The notes beneath the pieces were generated by a model. That model was not told the origin of the DNA. It ran no database searches and was given only the letters and a program-made list of their open reading frames with translations. DNA of 64,000 nucleotides from an uncultured Actinomycetes bacterium (GTDB taxonomy: Bacteria > Actinomycetota > Thermoleophilia > UBA2241): contig CAVRZA010000003.1 in assembly GCA_963725665.1 (NCBI GenBank), positions 224,001-288,000 on the forward strand, given 5' to 3'. A program made the position numbers and the translations under genes. The stretch's first letter is position 1; every line of letters starts with the position of its first letter. Shown here piece by piece: positions 21,520-31,092 of the stretch.

Positions 21520-21550
21520 TTGACCGGGGGGTATAGCATTGCAATAGAAT
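21520..21550 (+). promoter_or_regulatory. Possible promoter for mtmBC
   Basis: TTGACC-N19-TAGAAT in an AT-rich patch containing palindrome ATTGCAAT; spacer non-canonical. Confidence 0.3.
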
Positions 21551-21956
21551 TCACGTACACATTGGAGCCGTCACCGGCCGTTCGTTGGACGATGTGTCAC
21601 GGAGCGATTCGACGGGCGGCGAGGCGACTCCAACTGTTAGTTCTGCGTACGGAACCAAGGTTCGAACGCGACGGTTCCGGTCGGCATGCATTGGCGCTTG
21701 ATGGGGCGAGAACGCGATGGCTGCAAGGTCGCAGACGGATCATTCCACGTTGTCTCGAGGTCGCGTTCCCCCGCCCGGGCGGTCTCGAATCGACCGCCTT
21801 CCAGTACGACCACGGTCGTAGAACCTTTTGGCGCAAAGTGCGACAGGAGAGCGAGAGGCGTCGTTGGTCACCGCTCTCACGCCGAGGAGGTGATGTCATC
21901 CCGAGAAGGCTGACCGGCCGAAGGAAGAGCAGTGAATCCCGAAAGGAGGGAGTCAC

Positions 21957-23366
21957 GTGGCGAGAACTACCAAGGCCCTGCCCGAGCGCATGACGGTGTT
22001 TCATGCCTGGGAGCGCGCGCGGAGAGGTCCCAAGGTCGACGAGAAGACGTGGGATTTCGAGGTCATCCCCAAGACGGCGACTCGTCTGAAGGAGAAGTAC
22101 GGGATCAAGATGGACAAGAAGGTCATGATCCCGACCGATCCCGACATCATGAAGCGGCTCTACGAGGCCGGCCTCGAGATGCTCGTCGAGACCGGCGTGT
22201 ACATCATCGAGACCGGCCGTGTCGTGAAGTACACCAAGGATGAGGTGCTCTTCACCGTTGCTCAAGCGCCGAAGCACGCCATCATCGGCGAGGGGGCACT
22301 GCACTACCGGCCGCTCGTACCGAGGGCGTGGAACAGCACGACGCCGCCGATCATCCAGGGCGGCCCGACCGGCGCGCCCTGCAGCGAGCAGCACTTCCTC
22401 GGCATCCACGAGTCGTACGCCAAGGAAGGCATCGTCGACTGCATCGTCGACGGCGTGCTCGAGAAGATCAACGGCTACAACCCGGCCCCGGAGAGCCCCG
22501 CCGAGGTGTGGGCCTCCAAGCAGGAGATGTTCCTGGTCCGCCAGGCCCAGGCCAAGGCCTGTCGCTTAGGGATGGGGTTGTAGGGCGCCGAGACGCCTCT
22601 CGGGGCGGCGGCCATCGTTGCAGCCGATTTTCCCGGCGGCATGCGGGCCACTGACAACCACGAGGTGTCCCAGCTTAATGAGCTGAAGATGGAAGCCGGA
22701 GGCTGGCAATTCGTCGCTCATTACGCACTAGCTGGCGACATCATCATGGATGAGCAGATGCCCATTTTCGGCGGCTTTGCCGGTGGTCTCGAGGAGACGA
22801 CCATCGTCAACGTTGCCACCCACCTCAACGCCTTCGTCATGAACCAGGCGACCTGGCACCTCGACGGACCCGTCCACATGCGCTGGGGCAACACCACCGC
22901 CAGGGAGGTTCTGGCAGTGGCCGGCCACGGCCAGCGGGCGATCGAGGAGCATTGGCCGGATCTCATGACGGGCAACCAGTACTACCCCACCGCCGGCCCG
23001 GGCACCGTGATGTGCCTGCTAGAGACGGCGGCGCAGGCCATCACCGACACCTGCAGCGGGCGCGAAGTGGTGTCGGGCGTCGCGTCGGCCAAGGGCGTGA
23101 AGCTCGACAAGACCACCGGCCTGGAGGCGCGCTTCATGGGCGAGGTCTGCCACGCTGTGGCCGGCATGCCCCTGGACCAGATCAACGAGATCCTCGATGC
23201 TCTGGTGGCCAAGTACGAGGGTGACTACCTGACGGCGGATGAAGGCAAGACCTACGCCGAGTGCTACGACACCGACAAGGTCGTCCCCAACGATGAGTAC
23301 CTGGCAGTGTACGACGAGGCCGTTGCGATCATGAAGGATCTCGGCGTCAGCTACAAACTGTGGTAA
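21957..23366 (+). CDS. mtmB: Monomethylamine:corrinoid methyltransferase MtmB with pyrrolysine (TAG 22581-22583, codon 209)
   Basis: ORFs 21957..22583 and 22641..23366 are in frame; joined reading GMGL-O-GAET..MRATDNHEVSQLNELK matches the MtmB Pyl site; QGGPTG, LDGPVH. Confidence 0.93.
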
Positions 23367-23479
23367 AGGAGCATGTGACTTCAGGCACGGCGAGGATGCA
23401 GGTGTTCTGGTCTGGAACAAGCTCCGCCTCGCCGCGCGGACATCGCCCCGGAGGCCGAGATCGAGGAGGCAAGTGAGCA

Positions 23480-24124
23480 ATGGCAAACGAGGAGTTGATC
23501 AAAGAAGCGCGTGCGGCGCTTCTTACGACCGACAAAGCCAAGGCTGAGGACGTCGCCAAACGAGCCATAGCCGCAGGCATGGATCCGGGCGATATCATGC
23601 AGAATGGCTTCGTCGCCGGCATCCGTGAGCTCGGCGAGAAGTTCGACAAGGGCGAGGTCTTCCTGCCCGAGTTGATGCTTGCGGCCGAGGCCATGGAAGC
23701 CGCCATGGAGATCTGCAACGCGGCCCTGCCCGAGGGCAAGAGCGAGACACGCGGTGTCGTCGTCATCGGCACCGTGGAGGGCGACGTGCACGACATCGGC
23801 AAGGCTGTCGTGATCGCCTATCTGCGCGCCAACGGGTACGACGTCCATGACGTCGGGAAGGACGTGCCGCCGCAGGACTTCATCGACAAGGCGGTTGAGG
23901 TCAACGCCGACGTCATCGGCGCGAGCGCTCTGCTGACGGCCACGCTGGCCGTGCAGGGCGAGATCGAGGAGTACCTCAAGGAGGCCGGCCTACGCGGCAA
24001 GTTCAAGACGATCGTGGGCGGTGCCACCTGCACGCAGGGCTGGGCCGACAAGATCGGAGCCGACGCGTACGCGAAGGATGCCAGCGACGCGCTGCAGAAG
24101 ATCGGCGAACTCGTCGGACGCTGA
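23480..24124 (+). CDS. mtmC: Cognate corrinoid protein (MtmC-like)
   Basis: EVFLPEL, GTVEGDVHDIGK (DxHxxG), SALLT, VGG. Confidence 0.88.
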   Translation: MANEELIKEARAALLTTDKAKAEDVAKRAIAAGMDPGDIMQNGFVAGIRELGEKFDKGEVFLPELMLAAEAMEAAMEICNAALPEGKSETRGVVVIGTVEGDVHDIGKAVVIAYLRANGYDVHDVGKDVPPQDFIDKAVEVNADVIGASALLTATLAVQGEIEEYLKEAGLRGKFKTIVGGATCTQGWADKIGADAYAKDASDALQKIGELVGR

Positions 24125-24160
24125 AGCGGCGTCGAGCTGCAGTAGGATATCAGTGAACAA

Positions 24161-24200
24161 GGGGGCGCCCCGGCCGACGAGAGTCGGCTGGGGCGCCCCC
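24161..24200 (+). terminator. GC-rich stem-loop after mtmC
   Basis: GGGGGCGCCCCGGCCGAC-GAGA-GTCGGCTGGGGCGCCCCC, 18 bp with one G.U; no U-tract. Confidence 0.55.
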
Positions 24201-24256
24201 CCGTATGACAGTCTTCGGACGGATTGCCGGCAAGGTTCGCGCTGAGGAGGGCAGCG

Positions 24257-25483
24257 GTGGCACAGGTCAATGCAGGAGACACAGCCTTCGTCCTCATCAG
24301 CGCCGCCCTCGTGGCGCTGATGACACCGGCTATCGCCTTCTTCTACGGCGGGCTGGTGAGGCGCAAGAACTTCTTGTCGATCATGATGCAGAGCTTCATC
24401 TCGATGGGCATCGTGACGGCCATCTGGGTCGCCGTCGGCTACTCGCTGGTCTTCTCCGGCGATGTCTGGGGCATCATCGGCAACCTCGATTGGGCCGGCC
24501 TACACGGCGTCGGCCAAGCTCCGGGTCCGTGGGCGCCGACCATCCCTGCGCTGGCGCACTTCGACTTCCAGGAGATGATCGCCATCTTCACGCCGGCTCT
24601 GATCACCGGCGCCTTCGCCGATCGGGTGAACTTCAAGAGCTACCTCTGGTTTCTCGTGCTCTGGAGCCTGCTGGCCTACATCCCGCTGGCGCACTGGGTG
24701 CGTGGCGGTGGTTTCCTCGACCAGTGGGGCGCAGAGGACTTCGCTGGCGGCCTGGTGGTCCACGTGAGCGCCGGGTTCGCTGCACTGGCGTCGGTGTACG
24801 TCGTGGGCAAGCGCAGGTTCTTGCCCGGCGAGCGTACGTTGCCGCACAACATCTCTTTCGTGGCGATCGGCACGGCCCTGCTCTGGCTCGGCTGGTTCGG
24901 CTTCAACGGAGGGAGTGCACTGGCGGCCAACGGAATCGCCGCGCAGGCATTCGTGAACACCGACATCGCGGGCTCGATCGCCATGTGCACCTGGCTTGCG
25001 CTCACGTGGCTCCGCAACGGCAAGCCGAGCCTCGTCGGCGCCCTCACGGGAGCGATCAGCGGACTGGTGTGCATCACCCCTGCGGCCGGGTTCGTCCCGA
25101 CCTGGTCGGCATTCGTCTTCGGCGCAGCCGCGGGCGTCGTCTGCTACTACGCGATAGTCGTCAAGCAGAGGATGGAGTGGGACGACGCGCTCGACGTCTG
25201 GGCGGTCCACGGTGTCGGCGGGATACTGGGCACCCTGCTGCTCGGTGTCTTCGGCTTCGCTGCGGTCAATGCCGCCGGCTCCGATGGGCTGTTGGCAGGG
25301 GACGCGGCCTTCTTCGGGGTGCAGCTCGTCTCCGCTGTGATCGCCGCCGGCTACTCCTTCGCGGTGACGTACCTGATCCTCAGGCTGCTCAACCACTTCC
25401 AGCCCGTGCGCGTGCCCGACGCCGTGGAGCAGAGGGGCCTCGACGCCGAGATGCACGGCGAGGAGGCCTACCACCTGACTTGA
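24257..25483 (+). CDS. amt: Ammonium transporter (Amt family)
   Basis: FFYGGLVR, DFAGGLVVH, WFGFNGGS, DDALDVWAVHG. Confidence 0.93.
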   Translation: MAQVNAGDTAFVLISAALVALMTPAIAFFYGGLVRRKNFLSIMMQSFISMGIVTAIWVAVGYSLVFSGDVWGIIGNLDWAGLHGVGQAPGPWAPTIPALAHFDFQEMIAIFTPALITGAFADRVNFKSYLWFLVLWSLLAYIPLAHWVRGGGFLDQWGAEDFAGGLVVHVSAGFAALASVYVVGKRRFLPGERTLPHNISFVAIGTALLWLGWFGFNGGSALAANGIAAQAFVNTDIAGSIAMCTWLALTWLRNGKPSLVGALTGAISGLVCITPAAGFVPTWSAFVFGAAAGVVCYYAIVVKQRMEWDDALDVWAVHGVGGILGTLLLGVFGFAAVNAAGSDGLLAGDAAFFGVQLVSAVIAAGYSFAVTYLILRLLNHFQPVRVPDAVEQRGLDAEMHGEEAYHLT

Positions 25484-25543
25484 GCTGCCCGAAGCCGTGT
25501 TCCCGCGGTGGAAAGCCGCCCGCGACTCCGCTAGCCTGAGCTC

Positions 25544-26338
25544 GTGGAGAGCGAGCTTCCTACCCTGGGAGTCGAGCTTGTCGGCGATGGACTCGGCCCG
25601 TTCGACGACATCGAGTTCATTGGCAGCGGCAGGTTTGCGGAGACGTACCGCGTTGTGCGTGACGACGACGAGTACGTGCTCAAGGTCTGCCACTTCATCC
25701 CGCGCATACCGCAGGAGCTCTGGGAACATGAGCTCGAGGCGCTGCGGCGCGTGAGACACCCGAACGTCATGGCATTCCGCGCCGCAGGGCACCTGCGAGC
25801 CCAGGGCAAGACGTACCCCTTCATGGAGTGCGAGTACATCGACGGCCGCGACGTGAGAGGGATGATCGCCGCCGGGCTGCGACCGGAGGATCCGTCGGCA
25901 CTGCGGGAGTTCTTCGCAGGCCTCCTGCGCGGCGTGGCGGAGCTCCACGACCTGGGCATCCTGCATCGCGACATCAGGCCGGCCAACGTGGCCCTGCGGG
26001 GCGGCCACTGGCAGAAACCCGTGCTGCTCGACTTCGGCCTGGCTCAGACCTACGTCGTCTCGGCGGCGCAGCAGCGCCTCTCGCTGGGCGAGCGGCGGCG
26101 GGATCTTGTTGCCCTCGCCGAGGTCGTGTACGAGGTCGGGGCGGGACGACCTCCCGTCCACGAACCACGGGCCGCCCGGACCCTCGCCACGCGGGTGCGG
26201 CGGCGTGCTCTGGTCGACCCACGCAGGCTCTCGCCGCTGTTCGCGGACGACGTCGCCGAGGTCGTCGTCCGTCTGTTGTCTCGCGGGCAGTCGCGCTCGG
26301 GGGCCGATGAGGCGTTGCGAGAGCTGGAGGAGTCCTAG
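25544..26338 (+). CDS. Hanks-type Ser/Thr kinase-like protein
   Basis: GSGRFAETY, VLK, HPNV, HRDIRPANV, DFG; no APE motif. Confidence 0.8.
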   Translation: MESELPTLGVELVGDGLGPFDDIEFIGSGRFAETYRVVRDDDEYVLKVCHFIPRIPQELWEHELEALRRVRHPNVMAFRAAGHLRAQGKTYPFMECEYIDGRDVRGMIAAGLRPEDPSALREFFAGLLRGVAELHDLGILHRDIRPANVALRGGHWQKPVLLDFGLAQTYVVSAAQQRLSLGERRRDLVALAEVVYEVGAGRPPVHEPRAARTLATRVRRRALVDPRRLSPLFADDVAEVVVRLLSRGQSRSGADEALRELEES

Positions 26339-26431
26339 GGACGATCACGCAGCTCCCGGACCTGGCAACGAATCGCCGTCGCGCGCTCAGAACGCGGCAC
26401 TCGGACGGTGCGTGACAGACAGCACAAGCCG

Positions 26432-26460
26432 TTGCAATGCCCCGGGCCATTGTGTACAGT
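26432..26460 (+). promoter_or_regulatory. Sigma70-like promoter for the permease module
   Basis: TTGCAA-N17-TACAGT. Confidence 0.55.
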
Positions 26461-26711
26461 GCGCGCATCCTCGCACGATACGCCCATCGGGGCCCCAAAG
26501 CCCGCCGTCGAAGGGGGATGGTGTCGTACGGGTCTCTCAGGCTCGATGAGGGGAGGTCGCCAGACGAGAGCTTCCGCACCCAGTGAACGCTGAGGGCTCG
26601 GCAAAAGCTGCCGGCCCCTCACCCGCCTCGCTCTCCCGAAACCGCGCGTCTGTCGCGCCGCCGGAGGAGGTCGGGCGGGCCGACCATTTCGGGCAAGTGA
26701 AAGGGGGACAC

Positions 26712-27125
26712 TTGAGTCGTACCGAAGCCGACCTCGCCGTCGAGCAAGCTGTCGCTGCCGAGGCGAAGAGAGGCACCCACGATCCACGCATCGAGAAGAC
26801 GTACCGACGGGACGTGATCACGATCTACACGTTCGTGATCGCCCTGTTGTTCACACTCTGGGCAGTGTTCTTCTTCGTCGTGAATCCCAACGTCCAGGAC
26901 AACACCCTGCGCTGGCTCATGATCGGCCTGGGCATATTCGCCTCCGTCTTCAACGCCACGGGGATGATCCAGAACACCCGGCGCCTCAAGCAGGAGGCGG
27001 TACGCTTCTACTCCCAGGACCTGTTCTGGCAGGACCAGAAGAAGCTGCAGAAGGAGTACGCGAAACAAGAGCACGAGATGTACCTGAGGCAGAAGAACGT
27101 GGACAAGGGGGCGACCGATGCCTGA
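26712..27125 (+). CDS. Small 2-TM membrane protein
   Basis: TTG start after AAGGGGG; two hydrophobic helices; overlaps next gene. Confidence 0.75.
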   Translation: MSRTEADLAVEQAVAAEAKRGTHDPRIEKTYRRDVITIYTFVIALLFTLWAVFFFVVNPNVQDNTLRWLMIGLGIFASVFNATGMIQNTRRLKQEAVRFYSQDLFWQDQKKLQKEYAKQEHEMYLRQKNVDKGATDA

Positions 27126-27282
27126 ACACGACGACGAGTGGATCCCGTATCAGGGATACCAGGAGCCGAAGCAGCACGTGTTCTGGCAGGTGTTCGATGT
27201 GGTCTTCATCCTGGCCCTCTGCTACGTCTGCCTGCTCGTGCCGATCCTGCTGGCCGGCAAAGTCCTGGTCGGGGGGGACTGA
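27118..27282 (+). CDS. 54-aa single-TM protein (absent from ORF track)
   Basis: MPEHDDEWIPYQGYQEPKQHVFWQVFDVVFILALCYVCLLVPILLAGKVLVGGD; RBS AAGGGGG; mostly G/C-ending codons. Confidence 0.7.
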   Translation: MPEHDDEWIPYQGYQEPKQHVFWQVFDVVFILALCYVCLLVPILLAGKVLVGGD

Positions 27283-27309
27283 TCATGGCTCCTGCGATCA
27301 TGAGAAGGA

Positions 27310-27594
27310 GTGGGTCAGTCCGCCGTGGATGTCGGCAGATTGTGGTTCTCTGTGCTTGCGACCCTGGGCAGCCTGATGATGCTGGCCATCGTCGTAGCCC
27401 CGGCTCTGGCCGCGGGGAAGGTCCCGACGTGGGAGCTCTCGAAGGAGAAGGCCCCCGAGCTGGACTACACGCTCAGTCTCGGCACGGCCGTCCTTACCTT
27501 CGGGCTCCTGATCGCCTTTTTCGTCATGCTCTTCGTGCTGTCGGAGAGGGAGTTCAAGGGCGTGATCAACGAGCGCTTCGGACCGAAGAAGTGA
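27310..27594 (+). CDS. Small membrane protein (start uncertain)
   Basis: Signal-like segment ending APALAA, one TM, SEREFKGVINERFG. Confidence 0.65.
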   Translation: MGQSAVDVGRLWFSVLATLGSLMMLAIVVAPALAAGKVPTWELSKEKAPELDYTLSLGTAVLTFGLLIAFFVMLFVLSEREFKGVINERFGPKK

Positions 27595-27613
27595 GAAGGG
27601 TGGTGTCATCGCT

Positions 27614-27883
27614 GTGAGTATCGAAGAGGTCATGAACTACGTGGCATGGGCGGTGAGCATCGCCATTATCGCGTGGATGGTGATTGACGCCCTGCGCGTC
27701 GAGGTGACCTACGACCGAGACCTGCTCGTCAGCTCGGTAGAAGGCGAGATCGAGAAGGAGATCCTCTCGTCTGACGAGGAAGCCACGCTCAAGAGGCATG
27801 CGTCCGACTGGGCGGCGGAATACACCGAAGTCGAGGCGGAAGCGCGAAAGGCCGAGCAAGCGCCGCCCGGAGGAGGGTCCTGA
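27614..27883 (+). CDS. Small single-TM protein
   Basis: YVAWAVSIAIIAWMVIDA; stop overlaps permease ATG (TGATG). Confidence 0.7.
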   Translation: MSIEEVMNYVAWAVSIAIIAWMVIDALRVEVTYDRDLLVSSVEGEIEKEILSSDEEATLKRHASDWAAEYTEVEAEARKAEQAPPGGGS

Positions 27884-29276
27884 TGGCAGCTGAAGCGCCT
27901 GCGGTCACCGCCGCAAGACCGAAGCGCCTGAGCCTGCTGCGCGTCCTCGGCCCCTGCACATCTGGGGTCTCGGCGTGGGCATCGTGCTCGTGGGCGAGTT
28001 CATGGGTTGGAACTTCACGGTGGCCAAGGGCGGAGTGTTCGGCGCGCTCGTCGCCTGCTGGTTCAGCGGCATCCTCTACTCCTGCGTCGCCATGATCGAC
28101 TCCGAGGTGAGCTCGACGGTGGCCTCGGCCGGTGGCCAGTACGCGCAGGCGAAGCACATCCTCGGCCCCTCGGCCGCCTTCAACCTGGCTCTGTTCATCA
28201 TCTTCGAGTACGTGATGCTCGAGGCCGGCGACGCCATCGTGATCGGCGCCATCATGGAGAAGCTCAGCGCGAACTTCAGCGCGACGGCCTGGGTCATCCT
28301 GACCATCGCCATCCTGTCGTTCCTCAACTACCGCGGCGTGACGTTGGCGCTGACCGTCAACTACATCATCACGGCCATCGCCTTCATCACGATCCTCCTC
28401 CTCCTCTTCGGGAACTGGGGGAACTTCTTCACCCAATACCTATTCACGGCCGATATCGGCGGCAGGAATCCCGAGATGCCGTACGGCTGGCTCGGCATCC
28501 TCGCCGCGCTGCAGTTCGGCATCTGGTATTACCTGGGCATCGAAGGCACCTGCCAGACGGCTGAGGAGTGCCGCTCCGCTCCGCGCGCGCTGCCGATCGG
28601 CACGATGTCTGGGCTCGTCACGCTGCTGATCGCCGCCACCATCACCTGGTACGTCGCTACCGGCCTGGTCGACTGGGTGACGCTCGGATCATCGGCGTAC
28701 CCGCTCTACGACGCGGCGCTGAACACGAGTAAGGACTGGCTCATCGTGGCGCTGTTCATCGGCACTGTGTTGAGCTGTCTGGCGTCGGCTAACGGCTGCA
28801 TCAACGACGCCTCGCGGGCCTGGTTCGCCATGGGACGCGACCAGTTCGTGCCGCGCTTCTTCGGCGGCGTGCACCCGCGCTACAAGACGCCGTACCGCTC
28901 GATCCTGTTTCTGATCCCCATCGCCATGGCCTTCGGGTACACGGGGTTGCTCGACCAGGTGATCACCTTCTCGATCATCTCGGGCTGTTTGATATACGCC
29001 GTCATGCCCCTCAACATCATCCGTTTCCGCAGGCTCTATCCGATGGGCTCCATCAGGCGGGGCTACGTCTACCCCTTCCATCCCTGGCCGGCGTTCGTGC
29101 TCGCTCTCTTCGTAGCGCTCACGTTCATCGCCGTCTACTTCGGCTACTGGCGCAACCTGGTCGGGGCCATGGCCTTCTATATCCTCGCCTCGATCTGGTT
29201 CACCTTCCACCGCTACAGGATGGTGGATCGCTCCAAGCTCTACACCATGCCCTGGCCGCGGCCTAAGGGATACTGA
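27883..29276 (+). CDS. APC-family amine permease, MtmP/Eat-like (apparent frameshift near 27955)
   Basis: Adding one C to the run at 27951-27954 gives LRVLGPLHIWGLGVGIVLVGEFMGWNF; about 12 TMs; WYYLGIEG, HPRYKTP. Confidence 0.85.
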
Positions 29277-29302
29277 GGATCCGGCCGGCAAGGGAGGGCA
29301 GG

Positions 29303-29758
29303 ATGTTCGAGACGATACTAGTAGCAACAGATGGCTCGCACTCGGCGGGGAAGGCCGTCGACTTCGCGGTGGAGCTCGCCAAGAGCCATGGTTCCAAGCT
29401 CGTGATCTGCACCGTCACACGAGAGCGGCTGGCGACGATCGACAGGGACCCCGGCGAGCCCAATCCGCCCGACGTCGACCCGAGAGCATCGCTGAGTCGC
29501 GGTCAGGCCGACCAATCGGCGGAGGTTCTGCGCCGAGGCGAGCAGGCGGCCAAGGCAGCGGGCCTGGGGAACTACGATCTGCGCGAGATCTACGGCACGA
29601 ACACAGGCGCCACCATCGTGAAGGAAGCCGAAGCGATGGGAGCCGACCACATCGTCGTCGGCTCTGTCGGGGAGACCGGCCTCGCCAGGCTGCTCATGGG
29701 TTCCGTGGCGGCGAGCGTGGTGCATCACGCCCACTGTCCGGTGACGGTGGTGCGGTAA
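29303..29758 (+). CDS. Universal stress protein
   Basis: ILVATDGS, IVVGS, LMGSVA, HCPVTVVR. Confidence 0.92.
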   Translation: MFETILVATDGSHSAGKAVDFAVELAKSHGSKLVICTVTRERLATIDRDPGEPNPPDVDPRASLSRGQADQSAEVLRRGEQAAKAAGLGNYDLREIYGTNTGATIVKEAEAMGADHIVVGSVGETGLARLLMGSVAASVVHHAHCPVTVVR

Positions 29759-29800
29759 GTGACTGGAGGGCCACAGCCGCAACACGGCGCGCGGTAGGTC

Positions 29801-30466
29801 ATGGAGTTTGACCTGCTCTGGAAGGGCGCCGTGGTCGCGGCTGTGGCCCTCTTCTTCGTCTGGCGCCTCCTGAGGGTCCAACAAAGCGATCAGGCGACGA
29901 AGGCGCACATGCTCGACGAGCTCCTGCCGGAGGTCGAGCGGGCCGCGTGGACGTGGAGCCCCTGGCATTATCCCCGCCTCGACGGGATGCTTGACGGGTA
30001 TCCCGCTCGCTTCGACCTTCTGTCCGACACCCTTGTGACGCGCTCACTGCCCACGCTCTGGCTACAGCTGCGCTGGGCACTGCCTCACGAGGGCTGCTTC
30101 TGCGTGACCATCGACCCGACCGGCGCCGAGTTCTTCTCCAACGATGCCGACTGCGGTCGCCTTCTGCCGACGCCGAGCTCCTGGGGGGTGAGGGCGGAGA
30201 TCCATGCCGACGGCAGCGGGGGCGCGCTCCTGCGCCGCCTGTCCGCCCTCGATCTGAGCTCCTACCCCTCGGTCAAGCAGCTTTCCGTGGTAGAGGGTGA
30301 GCTCAGGCTGACCGTGCGTTGCGCCCGCGGGGAGCTGCAGATCTACCGGGTGATGCGCGCCGCGAAGTTCCCTCCCGACTGCGTTTCCCCAAGCATCGTG
30401 GCGGAGACGTTGTCTTTGGCGCGTGCGGCCCGAGACGTCCTGACGGCAGAACGAGAGGCGGGATGA
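29801..30466 (+). CDS. Hypothetical protein with N-terminal membrane anchor
   Basis: N-terminal TM, YPRLDG, DTLVTRSLPTLWL; coupled to next gene. Confidence 0.7.
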   Translation: MEFDLLWKGAVVAAVALFFVWRLLRVQQSDQATKAHMLDELLPEVERAAWTWSPWHYPRLDGMLDGYPARFDLLSDTLVTRSLPTLWLQLRWALPHEGCFCVTIDPTGAEFFSNDADCGRLLPTPSSWGVRAEIHADGSGGALLRRLSALDLSSYPSVKQLSVVEGELRLTVRCARGELQIYRVMRAAKFPPDCVSPSIVAETLSLARAARDVLTAEREAG

Positions 30467-31092
30467 GCGCCGGCGCATCACGACCGAAGAAGAAGTCGCA
30501 ACGACCGGCCAGGCCGGCAGGCGAGATCCGCAAGCCTTACCCCGTGTGGCTCGTCACCACCGCGGCCTTCCTGCTGCCGGGCAGCGGCCAGATGCTGAAC
30601 GGTTTTCCCGTGCGAGGGATCATCATGCAGTTCTTCATGATCGTCCTCGGGTTTGTCACGTACAAGATCAGCAGCCCCGACATCTCGTTCATCGGCCGGT
30701 TCGCCGGCGGCATCTTCGTGTACGTCTTCTCGGTCATCGACGCCAACACCGTGGCGAAGCGCGCCATGGCTGCGTGGGAACGGATGGGTGAGGGCGGCGG
30801 CGGAGCCGGGAGCGGGCCCACGTCGTCCGGTCGGCGCCCCAATAAGGATCGAGAGCCGCAGAAAGGCGCCAAACCGTCGCGGCGCCGCGTCCAGGGGGAG
30901 GGCGAGACGCGGCAACGACCGCCGGTGCGGACCAAGCCAACGAAGCCGACGAACCCGACCAAGCCAACGAAGCCGAAGAACTCGACGAACCAGACGAAGC
31001 CAACGAGGCCTCCCGGCGAGCCCCCCCTCAAGGGGGGCGGAGGCGTCCGCGTGGCACTCGCTGCGCGCGGGGAGTCAACAGGAGTGAGCTGA
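30463..31092 (+). CDS. 3-TM membrane protein with low-complexity basic tail
   Basis: LLPGSGQMLNG, SFIGRFAGG; ATGA overlap with previous gene. Confidence 0.7.
   Translation: MSAGASRPKKKSQRPARPAGEIRKPYPVWLVTTAAFLLPGSGQMLNGFPVRGIIMQFFMIVLGFVTYKISSPDISFIGRFAGGIFVYVFSVIDANTVAKRAMAAWERMGEGGGGAGSGPTSSGRRPNKDREPQKGAKPSRRRVQGEGETRQRPPVRTKPTKPTNPTKPTKPKNSTNQTKPTRPPGEPPLKGGGGVRVALAARGESTGVS
30931..31008 (+). repeat. 9-nt periodic coding repeat (TKP/TNP)
   Basis: accaagcca acgaagccg acgaacccg accaagcca acgaagccg. Confidence 0.7.

Noticed and set aside
21828-21842. Sigma54 promoter (TGGCGC..TGC)
   Set aside because: Only 8 nt between GG and GC rather than the required 10
21841-21945. Glycine or glutamine riboswitch upstream of mtmB
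   Set aside because: Has GGAGAG and CCGAAGGA fragments but lacks CTCTCAGG and the GGAAGTA/AACG elements
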